From: Octopus sinensis | Lineage: Eukaryota | Reading direction: 5' to 3' | NCBI RefSeq assembly: GCF_006345805.1 | Contig: NC_043015.1 | Span: 10,478,001-10,542,000, forward strand | DNA length: 64,000 nucleotides | Shown here: positions 11,880 through 25,045 of the stretch, in pieces | Position numbering within the stretch: the stretch's first letter is position 1 | Layout of the letters: each line of letters starts with the position of its first letter | Translations under genes and position numbers: made by a program | Notes under the pieces: model-generated | What the model was told of the DNA's origin: nothing | Databases searched by the model: none | What the model saw: only the letters and a program-made list of their open reading frames with translations

Positions 11880-12604
11880 CGATTAAATAATTAAATTTAG
11901 AAAAATTAGAAGAAAAGTTTTTTTAAAAGAATATTTCTATAGTAGTGTTCAGATTTAAGTGGCATTCTGCCTTTCTCTGACTCCCTTGTTTGCACTTGTG
12001 TGTCGGAGGTCGTTGTGAGTTCTTGGAAGGGTAGTAGAGGAAGAAGGCTGGTGGGGAAAGGGGGATGGGAGAATCTGGGAGTGCCCTGATGGTTGTATTT
12101 TGAATGGTCAGTGGCGGCTGGCAGTCTCAGTTCAATTCAGGAGAATATTTATATTGACAGGCTTGTTTATAGAATTAGCGTAGGTTTATAGAATTAGCGT
12201 AGGTGTTATACTAAAAAACATTAGTGACAAAGTTAAGGGGTAGGGGTGGAGAAGTAGAAGAAGAAGAAGAAGAAGAAGAAGGAGAAGGAGAAGGAGAAGA
12301 TGACGATGATGGTGGTGGTGGTGATGATTATGACGACGATGATGATGATAATGATGATGATGAAGAAGAAGGAGGAGAAGGAGAAGATGGTGGTGATGAT
12401 GGTGGTGATGATGATGACGACGATGATGATGATAATGATGATGATGAAGAAAAAGAGGAAGAAGAAGAAGAAGAAAAAACAGAGAAGGGGGAATATGAAT
12501 GGGTGTAAGTATAGCTATGAAGGGGCTGATTAGTAATGGATTCTATGGAGTGTAATATTTGTGTGTATATATATTTTTTTCTTTTATTCTAAAGTTGAGG
12601 TATA

Positions 12605-14300
12605 TTAATTGTTTGTCGTAGACCCGTTTAGAAGTGGCTTGTATTTTGTAATAAAGAGATTTTCTTTACTTATTCGTTGTCTCGAGGTTGTATCGTCCCT
12701 AAATTGGTAGAGGGGGAAAATTCTGAAGTTTGTGTTTTTTTGTTGGCGCAAGTATCTATGTGTTGGCTAAAAGCTATTTTTCTGTTTTGGGGAATTTTTA
12801 TCTGGGATCTGTGCAGGGCCATTCGTTTACGCAAACCATTTTTTGTTTGGCCTATGTACTGCTCTTGACACCCGGAGCAGGTTAGTGAGTATATTAGGTT
12901 CTCCGAAGCACATGTGAAGTTGCTTTTCACTGTAAACCGTTGTCCCTGCTTGAAGGAGAACTCTGATCCCTCAATTAGATAGTCGCATATCCCGCAATTG
13001 GGTCTTCCACATTTTTTTACTGTCGGCTTCTGTGTTGAGGAGTGAATTCGGGCTTGTGTAAGGAGACTTTTCATGGATCTAGGCTGTCTTTTGCTTTTTA
13101 TGATCGTGTGTGTTTGGAGGATTGTGTTCATTCTGTGGTCTTTTTTTAGGAGGGGTATGTTGTGGAGGATGGTGTCGAAGGCTTCGTTATTGAGAGGGTT
13201 GTGTGTGGAGATGTATGGTAAGGCTTTTGGTTGTAAGTTTTTCTTTGATTTGGGATGTCTCAGTTCCTTGATGTTAAGTTGAAGGGCACGTTGAATGCAC
13301 TTGTCAATAAGTGAAGGTGGATAGTTCCTGGTGATGAGGGTATCTTTTAGTTCTTGTAGTCGTGTGTCTCTGGTGTTTGCGTTAGAGACTATAGTGCATA
13401 TCCTTTTTGCTAGATTGAAGGGGATATTCATCCTGGTGTGTCTGGGGTGGCATGAATTGAATGGAAGATATTGCTTAGAGTCTGTAGGCTTATAGTATAT
13501 GTCTGTTTCTATTATATTATTAGCTTTCTAATGAGGATATCGAGGAAGGGGAGTTGTTGTTGGCTATATTCCATCGTGAATTGGATGTTTACGTCCAGTC
13601 CGTTTAAAATTTTCTGGAATTCTATGAGTTTTTCTATATTTTTATGCCAAAGGATGAAACAGTCATCTAGATATCTCTTCCAGTTGTTTTCTATGTAGAT
13701 GGAGAAAGGGCTGCCATATCTTTCTAGAACCTTACGATACAGACTGATCTCTAGGTATCCTATGACTAGGTTGGCAAAGGAGGGGGCCATTCGTGTACCC
13801 ATCGCAGTCCCCGATTTTTGTCGGTAGAAGTTGTCATTGAAGGCGAAGAAGTTATTTTCCAGGATGAATTTGACCCCTTCTATCACAAATTCTTTTTTGA
13901 TGCGGTGTGGTAGTTCTTTGGCGTGATTCTCTAGCCAGAATTGGATTGCCTCTAGTCCTAGGTTGTGGGGGATATTGGAGTAGAGGTTGACTACATCGAA
14001 GGATACCAGTATGGTGTTTTTGTTTATAGTATTCGGTAGGTGATTGAGCATATCTAAGTCGTCCCCTATATAGCTTTTGACATGTTTGAAGAGTGGTTTT
14101 AACAGGGTGTCTAAAAAGTTACTGAGGCGGTGGGTTTCGCATGCGGGACCTGCTATTATGGGTCTCAATTTGAGGTCATTAGGATTAGGGACTTTAATTA
14201 TTTTGTCTGTAGCTATCTTGCATGCGTTGCTTATTTTTTCACTTTTGTGGATCTTAGGTATACCGTAGAATTGGCTAGTTTTACTTGTGAAATTGGTCAT
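12605..14300 (-). pseudogene. PLE reverse transcriptase + GIY-YIG endonuclease ORF with two frameshifts
   Basis: QFYGIPKIHK, RPIIA, SFDVVNLYSNIP, YRQKSGTAMG, RYLDD; frameshift near 13522 restores ETDIYYKPTDSKQYLPFNSCHP; NLIYSLTC..C..QYIGQT; frameshift near 12737 restores KENLFITKYKPLLN* (stop 12605-12607). Confidence 0.92.
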
Positions 14301-14323
14301 ATAATCATATATATATATATATC

Positions 14324-14355
<32 letters not shown>

Positions 14356-14357
14356 TA

Positions 14358-14520
14358 CGACAGGCTTCTTTCAGTTTCCGTCTACCAAATCCACTCACAA
14401 GGCTTTGGTCGCCCCGGGGCTATAGCAGAAGACACTTGCCCAATGTGCCACGCAGGGGGACTGAACCCAGAACCATGTTGTTGGTTAGCAAGCTACTTAC
14501 CACACAGCCACTCCTGCGCC
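14358..14520 (-). mobile_element. tRNA-derived SINE, 5' half (partner of 11481-11700)
   Basis: GGCGCAGGAGTGGCTGTGTGGTAAG head, B-box-like GGGTTCAGTCCC, ...GACGGAAACTGAAAGAAGCCTGTCG then (TA)n. Confidence 0.92.
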
Positions 14521-15073
14521 TATGTTAATTTTACCTTCCTATGTGTAGCAGCCCAAAGGCTGCGGACATGCTGGGGCATTTAAATGTTTATCCTTGTTCT
14601 CAGTGTGAACATTTACATACATTACAAAATAACCATGGAAATTCTACGGTAATACTGCTGGTAATCTTCTTGTCGTGGACGCCATTGTCGCCGTTATTTA
14701 TTGTGGTTGTTGTAGTGGTAATTATAGGTGTCGTTCTCGTAATCCGTCTTACTGTTGTTTTTGTTGCTGTTGTCGTAGATGTTGTTCCTATATTAGTTAC
14801 AGGTTCGCACACTTTGAGACACTGTCGGAAGGTGATGATTACGGCATGACTGCAACTGAAAATATAAAGTAGAAAAAGTAAAAATTGCCAGGTATTTTAT
14901 GCGATGCACTAACAAACATGTTTCAGAAATAGCAATACGAGGATCTTGAAATATTCTTAGGGCATACAAACGCGATATTTGTTAACAGGTAAATGTTTTT
15001 GAGGCAAATGCGTTCCTAGAATAATTTTATTAAATTTTTTACTAAGGACATAAATCTAAGCAGGTGCACAATT

Positions 15074-15295
15074 ATGAATTTCCTTCATATTTCAAAATGG
15101 CAACATTGTATTGATGAAATCATTAATAATAATGAAAGGAAAACCATTCCTGTGGTAATAGGTGCATTTAGCACAACACACAAAATGACACCTAAAAGAT
15201 TGAAAAAATTTATAATTGAAACTCCCATTGTCGAATTGAAGAAAAGTATCGTCCTGTATTCTGCAACAATCCTAAGGAGCATTCATAATATTTGA
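15074..15295 (+). mobile_element. R4/Dong-like non-LTR element, extreme C-terminal RLE fragment
   Basis: KTIPVVIGAF...LKKSIVLYSATILRS resembles the IPVVIGALG...LQK..LL.TA.ILR terminus. Confidence 0.7.
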
Positions 15296-15329
15296 AGATG
15301 CTTGTCACCAAATATGAAAGTAAAATAAC

Positions 15330-16560
15330 TTCTAACTAAATTACCATGTACTAGCGCAATCGTAATGATAAACGAAATGAAAGAGCAACTAAGTATGGAG
15401 TATTTCCGGAGACTGAGATTGGCGCTGCGCTCAAAATTGACTGAATGGAATAAATTCCAAGCAGTTAATATTTTAGCGATAGCATCAGTATTGAGCGGGA
15501 TTTATGAAATGATAAAATTGAGATGAAGAAAATGGATAACATACCAGAACCATGTTGACAGTACACGGAGCCTTCAACCCTGAAGAGTGATATCGATAGG
15601 CTGTACTTGTCCAGAAGAAAAGGTGGGAGAAGTTTTAGTCAGTTGCCAGGACTCTATCGAAGCAGAGAAAATCAGCCAAGTATATAAAAATGCTGGGGGG
15701 GGGGGAGTGTTGAAACACACGAAAGAAAGCAGGCGTCCTCCGAAATGAAAATTGTGCAACCAAAGAAAAATTTAAACAAGTAATGAGCAAAAAACAGCAC
15801 AGGAGGTAAAATATATATGGTCAGTTTGCAAAAGATGTGAACGCTAAGACAAATACAGAGGATCGATGGCTATGGATGAAGAGGAGTGAACTGAAGATAA
15901 AGACTGAAGCACTCATATGCGCAGCACAGGAACAAGCGTTAAGGGCCAATTATATGAACTACAGAATTGACAACACTACCGATAGCGACAAATGCATTAT
16001 GTGTAGTGAGAGGAATGAAACGGTATGCACATCGTTAGCGAATGCCCGAAATTGGAGCAACGGGAATACAAACGACGCCATGACAATCAAGCAAAAGTTA
16101 TCCATAGGGAGCTCTGTGGAAATCACGTCATACAAAGAGCAAAGACTGGCTATGAATAAGTCCCAGAAGGAATCACCAAAAATGAGAATTGCAATATCCT
16201 GTAGGATATAATGTTCCAGTGCAATTACCTGACCAGGCATAGGAAAGCGACATTGTGGTGGGGAATAAAACAGAAAGAACAGGTGATTATCGACAGAGAA
16301 TGTCCTCGCTGACAACAGGATTAATGTGAAAATGTTAAAGAAACATTTTAAAGACAAGAACGATTTAAAGTAGGAACTACAACGTTTATGGCCATAGAAG
16401 AGAGTAGACGTGATACCAATAGTAATTAGGGTAATTGGAAGTTGAGCATGCCTCTTAGTAGCTGACAATATGTGGATCTCAGATCACGAACAGAAGTAGT
16501 GAGGGGACATCATAGTCATGTGCTAAGAGGAATTCTTTGAGGTTCCAATTATTCACCTCT
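15330..16560 (+). mobile_element. Decayed R4/Dong-like element: post-RT region, CCHC finger, RLE
   Basis: SDIDRLYLSRRKGGR, WMKRSELKIKTEALICAAQEQAL, KCIMC..RNETV, YKRRHD, later IPIVI; many frameshifts. Confidence 0.85.
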
Positions 16561-16837
16561 GGAAACATGGGTGTTTCATTCATCATCTTTAAACAAACGT
16601 TATTGAGGAATCTTTTGGGTAGGATGGGGTACTCTATATGAAGAAAATTCTAACAGGGCCCCCACCTGTACGTCATGCTCTGTTTATCATGATATGAGAT
16701 CACAAAATCTTACACATATGGTTGTGATGCATGGGCCTGGTATACACTTATGAGATGGGTAGTTACCGTGGGTATATTCGGCCTCGATATATTTGTACCT
16801 CATATTCAATTAGATGGTATGGTCTATTCTCTCACTC

Positions 16838-16878
<41 letters not shown>

Positions 16879-16899
16879 TAATAATAATAATATATAATA

Positions 16900-16941
<42 letters not shown>

Positions 16942-17250
16942 TAATAACAATAATAATAAGAAGAAGAATAGCAACAACAGCAACAAATTTATAGGAAAGA
17001 AAAATAGATGATGCTGATGATGTTGATGATGACGACTACGACGACGACAACGATGATAAGGAGGAGGACAGTATTTTTATTAGCAGCGATGATTTTTGGT
17101 GGACGTTATCAAAAGAATGATGAAGGTAACGCTGTCGCTGCTGCTGATGATGATCCTGACGATGATAATGATGATGCTAATGATCAAGTGGAAGGTAAAA
17201 GAAAGAGGACATGTAGTAGAAATGGTGGATGAGAAAGATGATGATGTTAC
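16838..17250. repeat. (AAT)n tract followed by degenerate (GAT)n
   Basis: Direct inspection. Confidence 0.9.
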
Positions 17251-18315
17251 AATGTTTAAACACTTCATTAAACCGGTGAAAAGAAGATGGTGGAAAACGC
17301 GAAAATAATAACTAAAGTCAGTTCAGTGTTTTTTTTAACCACATCCAGCAAAGAAAGATAACTGAAAAATAAGAAAAAAATATATAAGCAAAAGACGCAT
17401 AATATAACAGACCGCAACGAAGCAACGAAACGCAGAGCAATGAAGCAGAATATGGCTTTCCATGTGTATTGATGAAGCATGAAATACAGCTGCCGAGAAG
17501 GTCTACCGTGGTTTACAGGTGAATGACATTGAAGACAATTAGATATGTTCTGTTTCCTATTTCCTGTTAATTCACATTCATATTACACAGATGGGTCCAT
17601 TGGAATGGAATCAACGGAGAATTTCTAACTATAATTACAACCAGGGATGCTGATTTTAAACGAAGCAGTCGATAGGAGAAGAATGAGTGAACGAAATAGC
17701 ATTGATGTAACCATTAATTACTTTCAAATATTATAATTAGCTTGACATGTTGAGAATGAAATGGATTTAGAGTTATGGATTTTAAATAATTTTAAATATT
17801 GTCTATGGATAGCACAACTAAGAGGAATTTTAATTTAATGTCGACAAGGATTTGTGGGATAGCTTTTGTTGGCAAAATCAACGATGACATCAACTAGTAA
17901 TTATGTAGGAAGAGAATACGTCAGTGTTCCATTAGAATAATTCTTATACTTGTGTTCGAAATAGTGTGTTACTTAAATATGTGCAATACAGTTTGATGGA
18001 TGCATGCAGTAACGAACGATTATTCGTTGATACAACACATCTGCAACACAAAGATATCAGTCATTGAATTTAAACCACTATATCACCAGTATTGCCAAGC
18101 CAATAAAGCGGCCTCTTCCCAGTCGCAAAATACCTAGAAGTAGTATCTAAATTTCCTCAAATATTACTCTCCTGTCTTAAGAAAGGAAGACACACTTTGT
18201 AATACGTATTACCGAATGTATATTGACTCAACCATTGAGGATTGGAAGAATACATATTCGGTACTATTTGTAAGATCATAAGTTGATCTGGACATCAATA
18301 TTATATTTCAATCGA

Positions 18316-18480
18316 CGGCAGCAGGGTGGCAGAACGATTAGAACGCCGAGCAAAACGCTTAGCTGTTTATATGCGTGTTTATATTCTCAGGCTGAAGTAG
18401 ACTCTGCCTTTCATGTTTAAGCTTCAGTCAGACATTGGGGTCGTTGTAAACGATTTACCCCATCACATGTGATTGCTGGC
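18316..18480 (+). mobile_element. Decayed SINE with Meta-type core
   Basis: GGCAGCAGGGTGGCAGAACGATTAG head and GACTCTGCCTTTCAT resemble the 58466 copy. Confidence 0.55.
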
Positions 18481-19460
18481 CTTCTGCCAAAATATGAAGC
18501 CTATATACTTCAATCGCATTTGTTCATCACGTTAAAAAGTAGTTGATATTACTTCTATAATATATTAAAGGTTAGTGGAAACTAAAACACACTTAATTCT
18601 ATAGAGGTTTAGATATATGGTCATATGTGGTTTTGATAATCATTTTATATAATTATATATGTACTAAATGTAACCATCATGTTGTAGCGAGACAAGAAAG
18701 TTCTATGATGTTGCTGTGGCATAGCTCAGTTGTGCTGTAGAAGATTCCAGGCAATCAGAGCTGGAGGCATTTTAATAAAACGGTAATGATCTGCCTTAGC
18801 AGAAAGAACTTACTACAGCAGAGAAGCGGCAGTTTCAAACCAGGTGCAAGTTTGATCGTATAGAAGCAACATTGCATTCTTCGACATGTCACATTTTCTG
18901 TGTCCACCACCAACTGCACGCAACTTACTTGATTAATATCAGCTTCCACTGTTTCACATAATCCATCAATGTAAATAGTAAGACATGCGAGTTTTCCTGT
19001 CTCGCATACAGATATATTTGGTTTTCATCAACATGCAAGATTAATAATTGTTACCATTTGCTAGCACTCATTACACTACTAAATAAATTACAATGTTTTT
19101 ATTTCATAAAATTGCCTTCGGAATATTCTTTATTCATGTGTCTTTAAGAAATAACTGAAAATGGGTTCTTTCTATGAACTGCCTTCTACACACTTTATGT
19201 TACAACTCTAACATAGGAGATATTGCTTCTCACATACATTAGTGACTCGCGTATAATATTGGTGACTTAACATCGAAATATTCTTCGGGAAGTATCTCCT
19301 CAACACCCTAATTTTGTAGAACAATGCTGAGCAAAGATATGCTAAAATTGTTTACGGCTAAAATGTCAAGGTTGTCTATTGTTTTTGTTTCAAAGTGGAA
19401 TCTCTAGTGGCATGCTTCACATAAAGGCTTCACTTATTTACTTCTAAACCAAATGGAATT

Positions 19461-19563
19461 ATCGTCTATTTCTAACCAAATACAGTGGATTTTTAACAGG
19501 TAGTGGCTCTTGTGGCTTCTCATCTTAGCTGATTGGAAGTGTATTTGGTTAGAAATAGACGAT
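19461..19563. repeat. Perfect 24-bp inverted repeat, 55-nt spacer
   Basis: atcgtctatttctaaccaaataca / tgtatttggttagaaatagacgat. Confidence 0.9.
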
Positions 19564-21306
19564 GAGCAATGACTAGTAGGAGATTGAGTGAAATTAGTAC
19601 CCAATTAATCTAGTAGACGGGTCCTCATCTTAGTTAGGGGAGTCGGTAGGCAAGTATACTGTCGCGAGCAAGTCCCCGAAATAGTACTCATTCTTCTGGT
19701 GCACGCATTACATTTTGTAGTATCCATTATGCGGAGCAATCAGCTGGTAGCATTTTTATCTACAAGTCGTTTTCAGTTATGCATGTGTATGTTTGTGTGT
19801 TGGCGGAGGTTTATGTGTGTGCGCGCGCGTCTGTGTTTACTGCTTGTATAAATGCTAGTGAGTAGTGTGTTGCACACACGAACACTAACTCATTAATTTG
19901 ATTCACGTCTCATGCGGCACGTAGTGATCTTGGGAAAACATTTTCACTTTGTTTTGTAATCATTTCGACATGTGATTTCTTGCAAGCTTGTACTAATCTA
20001 CAGGTAAAGTCGATTTGATGGAGGGGTAGCATTTATATGAATACAAGCAGTTGGTCGTTATAAACAATTCATCAGTGTAATAGTTCAAAAAGAAATGTGC
20101 CAAACTCATCCGTGCCTTATGCTCAGGTAAAATAAAACAATTTTACATCATTATGATGTTTTACTCTATACTTTTTTACAGAGCAGGTTCATTATTCTTA
20201 TTCAAGAGTGTTGTTGACAGTTTCAGCCAGCTAAAGTATCTAAATAGATAGATAGAGATGTGCATATATATATATATATATATAATATATATATATATAT
20301 TTATATGTGTGTGTGTGTGTGAGTGTGTACGCATGTGTGTATGCGTGTGTGTGTGTGTGTCTGTGTGTGAGAGTGTATAAACTGTGCGCTCGTGTGTATT
20401 TAATACAATATTATATTTTGGGTGCCAATTTAATATCCAAAATCTTGCATTGGATTATTATCTTAATTAATCTCCCTTCGGTTACCTTTAAAGGGTTTTC
20501 CTTTGCTTTAAAAAAAGTCAAGTTTGTTTTTTTTTTTATTTGCGGGCAACATGAAAGGGAAGGAAGTAGAAAAAATTTAATTCAAAACAAAAGAATGGGA
20601 AACTGCCTCTCAGTAAGAAATGTGAACGATGCATTACATAATTAAGTAAAAGGAAAGCGAAATACATATTACATAAGTATAACACAATACAAATTAAGTA
20701 ATTTTGGTCAAGGTCTCAGTATGTATCGCTGGTAAGGTATTTAGTAAAGAAAATATTTCCTCTCGTGTTCCATGAGTTCTTTTGTGACTTAGTAAGTAGA
20801 ACTAAGAAAAGTGGAATCTCTAGTGGTTATTTCTGTTTCTATTTGTTTTCCTTCCATTTTGAGTTTTTTCTAGATTGAGATAATATTCTACACTTACTGC
20901 TGTGCTTGTTTCTACGCAGTTATTCCAATTATTGATTGCGTGACTTCTTCTGTCTTTCTATATGGAGCTACTGGAATGACTAAACTAAAAAAGTAAGTAT
21001 TTGGGAGCAAGAGCACTTCAAGTGAACGCAAATGTCAAGGCGTTTTAATCACGCATCGCTTGCATTGTCCTCTTATGCCGCAATGAAACATGACTGGCAC
21101 GTAAAATACAGTCGTATCACATCATGTGTTTTTCGTGAAATGCGATGAGAGCAGTATTAAAGGTGAATATATCTGTGGCCATACGAAAAACAAAATCTAA
21201 AATCGTATCTAGGTGGGCGTTGGCTCCGATGTCCTTCCAACGGATATCAGAGTAACGAAATTAGAATGGCCGACAATCAACTGCATGCCAGACTCGAGTG
21301 AAATCC

Positions 21307-21334
21307 TCGCCGAACATTAATAATAATAATAATA

Positions 21335-21366
<32 letters not shown>

Positions 21367-21386
21367 ACTGATGATGATGATGATGC

Positions 21387-21417
<31 letters not shown>

Positions 21418-21424
21418 GGTGATG

Positions 21425-21457
<33 letters not shown>

Positions 21458-21500
21458 TAATAATAATAATAATAAAAATAATACAGATAATGAAATCACG
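21307..21500. repeat. Compound (AAT)n/(GAT)n microsatellite
   Basis: Direct inspection. Confidence 0.95.
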
Positions 21501-21734
21501 TTCAGGCATTAAAAATGACCTGTTTTCATATCTGGTGCTAACGTGAAGAATTGTCGAGTATACATAAATATAATATCGCAAATATAGAGCAAGCATAGCG
21601 AAGAAAGAGACAGAAAATGTAACATGTAACAGCAAGAGAGGAAAATTTTCAAATAAAATACGCATATCATGTGTTTTTTTTTTGTATATATATATATGAG
21701 TGTGTATGTGTGTGGTGTGTGTGGTGTATCTGAC

Positions 21735-21970
21735 GGTAGCTTGCTTACCAATCACATGTTTCCGGGTTCAGTCCCACCGCGTAGCACCTTGGTTAGGTGT
21801 TTTCTACTATAACCTCAGGCCGACCAAAGACTTGTGAGTGGATTTGCTGGACGGAGAGTGAAAGAAGCCTGTCGTATGTATGTGTGTGCGTTTGTGTGTT
21901 TGTGTGTGTTTGCCCCCCCCCCAACAACACATCACCACCAACATCACTAGACAACCGATGCTCGTGTATT
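21735..21970 (+). mobile_element. tRNA-derived SINE, partial
   Basis: CCGGGTTCAGTCCCACCGCGTAGCACCTTGG...GACCAAAGACTTGTGAGTGGATTTG; truncated at (TA)n. Confidence 0.85.
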
Positions 21971-21972
21971 TA

Positions 21973-22035
<63 letters not shown>

Positions 22036-22037
22036 GG

Positions 22038-23096
22038 TATGTAGAAAAATACAACATGGACAAGAACGTATAACTCTTAGAAGACGATACAATAAACACG
22101 GACAGGACATTCGAAACCCTCAGTCTTCAGTCAAGAACCGGATCATCGTAGTAATTTCGGCTGATTAATCTTGAGATTACTAGATCACGGCCAGCCCTCC
22201 AAGAAAAACTAAGCAACGAGCATTAGAAAAACTAAGCTGGGAGCGTAGATTTCCTGGAAGAAGGATCGAATGCATACGGACACCAGGACAGCAAAAGGGA
22301 CGAATATAAAAAAACAATGGAATACAGAAACATGAAATACAGAAGCATTAACGGTGAAAACAACAACAAGTGTCTTACGACTGATAACAATCAAACAAAT
22401 TTTTTCTCTGGCGCAAGGAAAGGAGCCTTATCGGCGATGCCTATAGCGGCGGACGAAAAACAACGATGTTACCACGACGCTGGTCAGAAGCTGAAAGGCA
22501 GATTTCGGCCAGCAGTCACGTGACAGAGAAGAGAGAAAAGAAAAGAAAGAGAAGCAACGGAAGAGAGAGAGAGAGGAGAGAGAGAGAGGAGGGACAAACG
22601 CGACAAAGAGCGAGAAGAGAGAGAAAGAAGGAATCAGAGAGGAGAAGGGATGGGTGTCGAAGAGCGACCTGTGAGTGCAGAGCGAGACAAAGAAATAGGA
22701 GGGTAGTGGAAGATTAGACCAAAGAATCAGAGGAAAGAGAAGAGAAAAAGAGGATGAGTAGAGAGAGAAGGGGACGGATCAAGTAAAAGTGAGAGAGAGA
22801 GAGAGACAAACAAAGAGTCATACCAGTTATTAAGAATATGTGCTCACATTAATGTTAAGAGGGTACGTGGCGCCTGGAATATATGTTAAATTATGTAGAA
22901 AAATACAACATGGACAAGAACGTATAACTCTTAGAAGACGATACAATAAACACGGACAGGACATTCGAAACCCTCAGTCTTCAGTCAAGAACCGGATCAT
23001 CGTAGTAATTTCGGCTGATTAATCTTGAGATTACTAGATCACGGCCAGCCCTCCAAGAAAAACTAAGCAACGAGCATTAGAAAAACTAAGCTGGGA
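22038..23096. mobile_element. Non-coding element with identical 205-bp direct repeats in a (TA)n site
   Basis: 22038-22242 matches 22892-23096 (offset 854); about 650-bp GA-rich interior; TA runs on both sides. Confidence 0.8.
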
Positions 23097-24892
23097 TATA
23101 TATATACATATGTAAATATATATATATGTATGTAAATATATATACATATGCGCTCGTATTTCTATGTTACTCTCTCTCTCTCTTTCTCCACCTCTCTCTC
23201 TCTCACTCTATCCCTCTGTATATATATTTATACACATTCATCTTTGCATAATTGGTGTATGGTTCTGAAAAATTCAAATATATTATTTACTTTGCAATAA
23301 ACTTATATTGCATTAATATTTTTTAGTTATACAAAGTTATCTACACACGTTTACTCACGGGCATGTCTCTCTGCGTATCTGCGTATGTATATATATATAT
23401 ATTGACATCCACGTATGCATATTACCACATTTATATATTCGTTAAAATTGGGCAATATAATGTTTTGATATGTAATGTATTAACGTAGTAATAAATATTA
23501 TAGTGTAAAATAGATGAGTATTCTCGGGGATTGTTATAATGTCACGTTTCCTATTAATGGTTTCTTCTCTCTCAAGACTGTAACTTATTGAAACATTAAT
23601 ATATTGATTGAACGATAGTCAGGTGACCAATGCTGTAAGAGAGGCTTAGGCAATACATCGTTTGATATATATTCACTTGGCTTTCAGTTCAAACGCATTT
23701 ACAATTGATCGCAAACTTCATTACTGTTGGGTACACCACGATAACCAGTGCGATAATCCTGCTACTTCATTTCATTATACATCGTCATTAACTGAGGTGA
23801 CGTGGACAAACTGAGGAAAACATAAATTAATGTATTGATGTTATTTCGGTTGTATATTAAATAGCAACTAGGTATATAAGTCGACGAGTTAGTATTTTAC
23901 GCTGTCAGTAGTAGTATCGAAAGTACTAGCGTCCTCACCTGAGAGTTTTCTCTTGTGAAAATTGTTAATACCATATCATCGAAAATTATCCGCTAGATGT
24001 TCGCTGTCTTAGGTAAGTAGGAATGTCTACCATTGATACGAAAAAAACCGAAAACAACAAGAAATGTTAGCCATTTAATCTTCAGAAAAATACTTGTGTA
24101 TTTTGAATCTTGAATGACTGACTAAATAATGTCTATCAGATTGTTTGACCTGTTATAAATAATAGCCATGTTTCAGTTAAATAGCCATATCGTCTGTCAG
24201 CAAAATTAGAGAAAAAAAAACTGGGTTAAATTCGTCCTTTACATGCCTCTAAAGCCGAGAACCTTCCATCATAGGCCTGTTCCGCAAGAGCACTTAGTAA
24301 AGAAAAACATGTTAAAAAAGCAAACAAAAGCAACGACTAAAATATACAATATTATATGATGTACTCCCGTGTAAACGTGTAATATTCTCTGTGGTTACGT
24401 GCGTACGTTTTAAATAATATATATGTATGTATGTATGTATGTATATATATATATACATAAAGAGAGAGAGAGAGATAGAGAGAGAAATATATATAAATAC
24501 ATACAAACTTATATGCAAATATACATATGTACATATAGATATATGTATGTGTATGTATATATACATATATATATGCCCGTGTGTATATATGTATGTATAT
24601 ATATTTCAATACACTTGCATATGTATGCAATAATGTTTTGTTGTGTGACCCAAAAGATATCAGTATAATAAAATAATCTAACTATGACTGTCTATATAAA
24701 AAGGACTTATTTATCTGGTAAATATTTCCTAACTTGCAAAAGGGTTGATAACTGTTTCATTAATTTAAATGCTGTAAAGAAAAAGAGTCTGAGTTCAACA
24801 TGAAGGGAATATGCATAAATGTACACATACAAAGACTGAAGACACACATACACACACACACACACACCACTCACATATATATATATATATAT

Positions 24893-24964
<72 letters not shown>

Positions 24965-24967
<3 letters not shown>

Positions 24968-25045
24968 ACTCTTTTACTCTTATATTTGTTTCAGTCATTT
25001 GACTGGAGCAGCGAATTTAGTCGAACAAATCGACGCCAGGACTTA
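24965..25045 (-). mobile_element. SINE 3' end separated from its body by a LINE insertion
   Basis: GTCCTGGCGTCGATTTGTTCGACTAAA...CAGTCAAATGACTGAAACAA; continues at 25599-25720. Confidence 0.8.

Larger units (their letters stand above)
11786..14306 (-). mobile_element. Penelope-like element (PLE), 5'-truncated, with 3' UTR and terminal repeat
   Basis: RT plus GIY-YIG ORF, microsatellite-rich 3' UTR, hammerhead-like motif near the 3' end, (TA)n on both sides. Confidence 0.93.

Noticed and set aside
12224-12508. Acidic E/D/G ORF
   Set aside because: Antisense to the microsatellite-rich 3' UTR of the PLE.
18812-18915. GGGHRKC...K.AML.L on the minus strand, resembling the P450 haem motif
   Set aside because: Lacks the preceding Phe and the Gly after Cys, has no PERF context, and is bounded by stops.
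21100-21315. Protein-like minus frame MFGEDFTRVWHAV...LDTILDFVFRMATDIF
   Set aside because: Internal TAA, no splice signals, other frames look equally plausible, no recognisable family.
22095-22135. Hammerhead in the 205-bp direct repeats
   Set aside because: CTGAAGA is present, but stems I and II do not pair and GAAA is incomplete.
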